Assembly (NCBI RefSeq): GCF_037042905.1
Contig: NC_087251.1
Location: forward strand, 35,032,001-35,096,000
From: Lytechinus pictus
Taxonomy: Eukaryota
Length of the DNA: 64,000 nucleotides
Direction of reading: 5' to 3'
Below the pieces are notes generated by a model that was not told where the DNA came from, did not search any database, and saw nothing but the letters and a program-made list of their open reading frames with translations. This document shows positions 59,696-64,000 of the stretch, in pieces; position 1 is the first letter of the stretch, and each line of letters starts with the position of its first letter. The translations under genes and the position numbers were made by a program.

Positions 59696-62600
59696 ATACC
59701 AGATTTCTTAGATGAGACATGTAAGATGTGTAACACAAGGTTGATGTCGGTCATTGAAGGTATACGAACATATATATTAGCACTCCACAAAATGGATTAG
59801 AATGTCTTTCATCACCTCAAATTAAGTCTTACAACATAGGGCAACATGAACTACAGGCATGACAGGAAGAATGCCATGCTCCAGAATCGCCTCGATGTGT
59901 TCTGTCAAGAACTCCCATATGGGCAAGGAAGTATCAATAATGATTTATATTGGATGAACGTGGAGGACAACACGAGTCATTTTTGTTAGTCTGTTTACCT
60001 GATGAGGTAATCAGAAAACCGCCTCGTTGCAGGAAACAGAGGGTCTTCCTTACCTGTCAAAGTCTTTACCTTCTGAATAATCTTGGTTTGACACGAAGTG
60101 GATGGTCTAAGCTTTGGTCTGGCTCCGGGCCTGAGATGACTCAGAAATATCAATAAAGATGGCAAAAAGAATTTCAATCTTCTTGAAGAATTGGGCCTAG
60201 GACTGTGATCAAGATGAGATGCAGTAACAGTGGGAGGGTATGTTTGTAGGATTAAGTGGTTCTTCAGAAATATTTGTAATGAATATAAAATGTTACTTAT
60301 CTGAAGAGGATCATCCAGATGATAGTTGATTGAAATTGTGGGTGTTTGATCCATCAATGAATACATATTTTAAGTTGCCACGCAGTCACACCAATGAAAC
60401 CGACGGCTAGGCCGACTGATGAAGTGCCATTGGAGATAACGCAACAGCTTTGGTCGGTCTTGTGAGTCTGTTTCACCTGTGTGAAACTCTTGTTTTATTT
60501 AGGACGAGATGATGTGGGCAATCATGGTTGCAGGTCTGGGAGGGTATGTGCGTTCGTGCGTGGGGGAAGGGAGTGTGAGAGGTGTGTGTGGGAGTGCAAT
60601 GAGAAACAATTTTAATTATGACATAATCGGCAAGTGGGATTATTAAAAAAAAACCATGGTTTTTAATCTTCATAAACAATCTACAAATTAACTGATATAT
60701 TTAGTAAGTGTATGGAGTTTGAATTTAATGCACATTTCCAGTGACGCTCTAATTTTGTATTATGATTTTTTTATTCTCTATCTATTGATGGTTTCTAATA
60801 TTGATATACTTATTTCATACATCTCTTAACTCTCCTCAATAAGTTTTATCCTACAAAAAATATAGCTTAGGCGATCTGCCTGGAGAACAGCAAGTAAATG
60901 TGTTTAAACTGATTGATAGAAGACATTTTAGATTTTGGAATAGACAACCACAGGCAATATCGAAAAATAAGGAAATTCAGACGCTTAACCAAGCAGTCAT
61001 ATTAATTTATCTTTACCTGTGTGTGTTTTTATTTGAAATTTGCTTCCTTCAGCGAACTGCTAGCCATTGATTAAGCATTGAGGAAACTCTAATTAGGATT
61101 GAATTTCGTGCGGGTAAACTAGTTGTTAAAAATCGTTTATCTTTCTGTCAAGAACAAGGTTATAATAATAGAAATAAAGGTCAGAGTTATTTATACAATT
61201 ACACACACTTCAGGTATTCCTGTTGCAGGTTTGAGACTGTAATACTCGTGTTTATATCCAAGAGGAACATTTTGTGAACATTGAAGTAAGCTGAATCGCA
61301 AAAACATGATTTTTTTAAATTCCCAAATAAAGTTATTTCAAATAATACCATGCATTCCTGTTTACCTGATATGTCAGAATGATGGCGTCTGATAATTATC
61401 ATACCATATACCCCCCCCCGATATTCCCTTTGACTTTAACAAAATTAAACCCTATTCCTTTGAGGAATTTGAATATCATGAATGTATCAAATTTGCCAAT
61501 TTAATTTTCATTCAGGTATCGTCGTCTGCACGCATGCCGAGACGGTAGAACCTCCAGATCAATCACAGTCACAATGCCTTGCAATAAAACTCTCCAAATT
61601 ATTCTCTTTTGTTAAAAGCCAAGAAGTCTAAACAAGGATCAGAATTCAACTATTTTCGTTCGTGCCTTTCATAGGTATTTTGCTAAACTCTTGCTTGTTA
61701 AAATCAACTTGGACAACAAAAGCATAAATACCCCCTGCGGTATTTCTATTTCATATCACATAAAGAAGGTATAGAGCATTGTTTATCTTAAATCGACAGT
61801 TTGACAGACTCTCCACTTTTATATTTACAGAGGATTGAAAACGACCATGGGCTCCATTGGCTTGGGTAAAGCAAAATTATCATCAATCTTATTCCGATAT
61901 GATCTCAAAATCCAATATATCAGATTCTTCAAGAATGCTGACTCCTCCAGGAGGGACTTTTCTTACTCCCTTTGAATACCTTCATGCACTTTGTGGACCA
62001 TCTTTCAAAGTGTTCAGCATGGGGACACACACCGACACAGTATATCGCAGATTCCGTTTTTTCATTTCAAACTCTCCCTAGAAAGAATAGTGATAATTAT
62101 ATCAAGACATATAGTACATTTGGTCCATGAACCGTCTAAACATAGCTAAGTAGTAAACAATTTTCATGAAGCATTTAATAGAAAATTTAAAAATCAAGAA
62201 GTACTGAAGATCAGATAATCGTGTAATGTAGCTTGTACACACCACCTTTATTTCAAGTACTTCCTGCTACAACCTAACTCTTTGCTGAACATATCACCTC
62301 TTTCTCTCTTTTTTTTGTCAAGATATTGAGCAAGCAGTTCATTATTATTATCTGACATGCTCCTATAAAGCCACAATGGACCAACCTCCGCAATCAAAGT
62401 AATGGGCTCGACCCCGGTTCCATGCCAGAGTCATGGCCGTGATACATTCTCCTCCAAAGGTCTCCCATTACTTTCCAACTACACATTAAACGCCTATCCA
62501 AGGGCTAATGATAGGAGAACACACGGCGTGATAAGAAAGGCGCCGCTGGTCCGTTCCCACAACAATTGGAACGTGCTCTTGGTACATCAAGACATGCAGC

Positions 62601-64000
62601 TAAAGAGCGCAGTCTGTGTACTTCAGGCGTGCACATCCTTTTAGTGAATGATGTATAGGTAGGAAACATTGCAATGGAAACTGACACTGATCTTAGTCGC
62701 AACTGTCCTTGATAGCGAGGATGAACGTGTCATTACGACTGAAGCTGACGGCGGTGTCTAATATAGCTCCTAGACGTAGGACGGTATCAACGTTTACCTT
62801 AAATGCGAAAGAGTCGGCAAATCTCTGACATAAGGGCTAATTGGTTTCTTAACCATATTTCATTAGTTTACGTCCAAGATTGCTATGCTGACATTGCTAT
62901 CATTATTGGGGGGAAAATATATAACAGGCGTGGCGTAAACACGCACACAACATATAAAACAACTTTCAGTAGTACTTGTCAAAGACTGAATATCGATGTG
63001 ATATCAATCTCTGTTGTTACACAACATTCAGTTAACTTCACAAATAAACCCAACTTTCAGGATTAAAGACCAAGTAATCGCACTTAATACTCTATTTTCA
63101 CACCAAACAGCGTCAACATCAACCCCTTTTAAACGTTCAATTGTACCTTGAATAACGTGTCCAGACAATGATGTTGGAAAAAATACTGCTGAATGTTCAG
63201 TTAGTCTTCACGATCCTGTTAGAAACTCAATTACTAGATGCGATGCTCGTTATGTAATCGGCATCAACATGTGAAACATATTGAAGGATGCCCTTAGAAA
63301 ATCAAATTGTATTTGTAACTAATTAGGTACCGAGGGCGTGGTCTTCTAAACCTATGCTCAGAAGTATGGCCGAAGCATTGGAATTTATCAGAAGCTGCAT
63401 TTGTTTTGCCAGTACATCTATAAAATGTTTGTATTTCACTGAAAATAAACTCTTCAACACGTCTGAACAAGGGTTGTTTTCTGGTTATATTTGCAATAGG
63501 TCAGTACCACAACCAACAAGTATGAAAGGTGAAATCTCGTGTAATATTATTCACGTCCTGGACGTGGTATCTACATGATGTATCAAGGCATGGGGTTGGA
63601 TATTTTTCTCACGCCATGAACTGTCAAAATTTTGATTGTCAGCTACCTTAAGGCAAAATCTAAATATTAGATCCAAACAATGAAATCTTATTAAGATACT
63701 GGGTGGCTAGAGAGCCCCTGTGCATGTAGACACACGACACTTACATACAAAGAGTTTTCAATGGAGTCGTGTGTACCAAGTCAATTTGGAAAAGCGGGGC
63801 AAAATATATCATAAAATTGCTAAGGTATCTTTAAAGTGAAATACCTCAACACAATATCATATGATTATATAGTGGAATCTTATTTTTACTATGTATACCT
63901 GTATTTTTTTGAGCGTCGATGATGAATTTTAGTCACTAAAGCGTCGGGTACCACTCCTGACATGCCTGAGAAGAAAATAATGTACCAAATTCAAATATCT

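Noticed and set aside
59760..60470. Coding-like stretch with a 123-aa minus ORF and a YVFIDGS motif
   Set aside because: Only a faint resemblance to LINE reverse transcriptase, with many stops; not enough to call without a BLASTX search.
62400..62790. GC-richer stretch with short ORFs
   Set aside because: No recognisable motif or convincing splice-site pair.

Overview
AT-rich, intron-rich animal genomic DNA. The repeat families suggest an echinoderm (sea-urchin-like), which is an inference. It holds (1) the last ten coding exons of an intact clan-3 (CYP3A-like) cytochrome P450 on + (231-12129; 5' end is outside the window), and (2) the promoter region and first coding exon (16580-16722, signal peptide) of a second + strand gene, possibly fibrillin/EMI-type, for which I found no further exon, implying a first intron over 47 kb. 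Most of the interest lies in non-autonomous mobile DNA. A four-level nest fills a 6.8-kb P450 intron: a Crypton-like hairpin element, a MITE inside it, a second Crypton-like copy inside that, and innermost a 5.27-kb element with an 8-bp TSD, CA..TG ends, no terminal inverted repeat and splice signals inside. A very young 3.8-kb near-perfect palindrome has IS3EU-type ends and a 6-bp TSD. There are also hAT-, EnSpm- and MuDR/Merlin-like elements with clean TSDs, tRNA-derived SINEs and LINE remnants. I found no transposase ORF. Nearly all ORFs in the supplied track look spurious.
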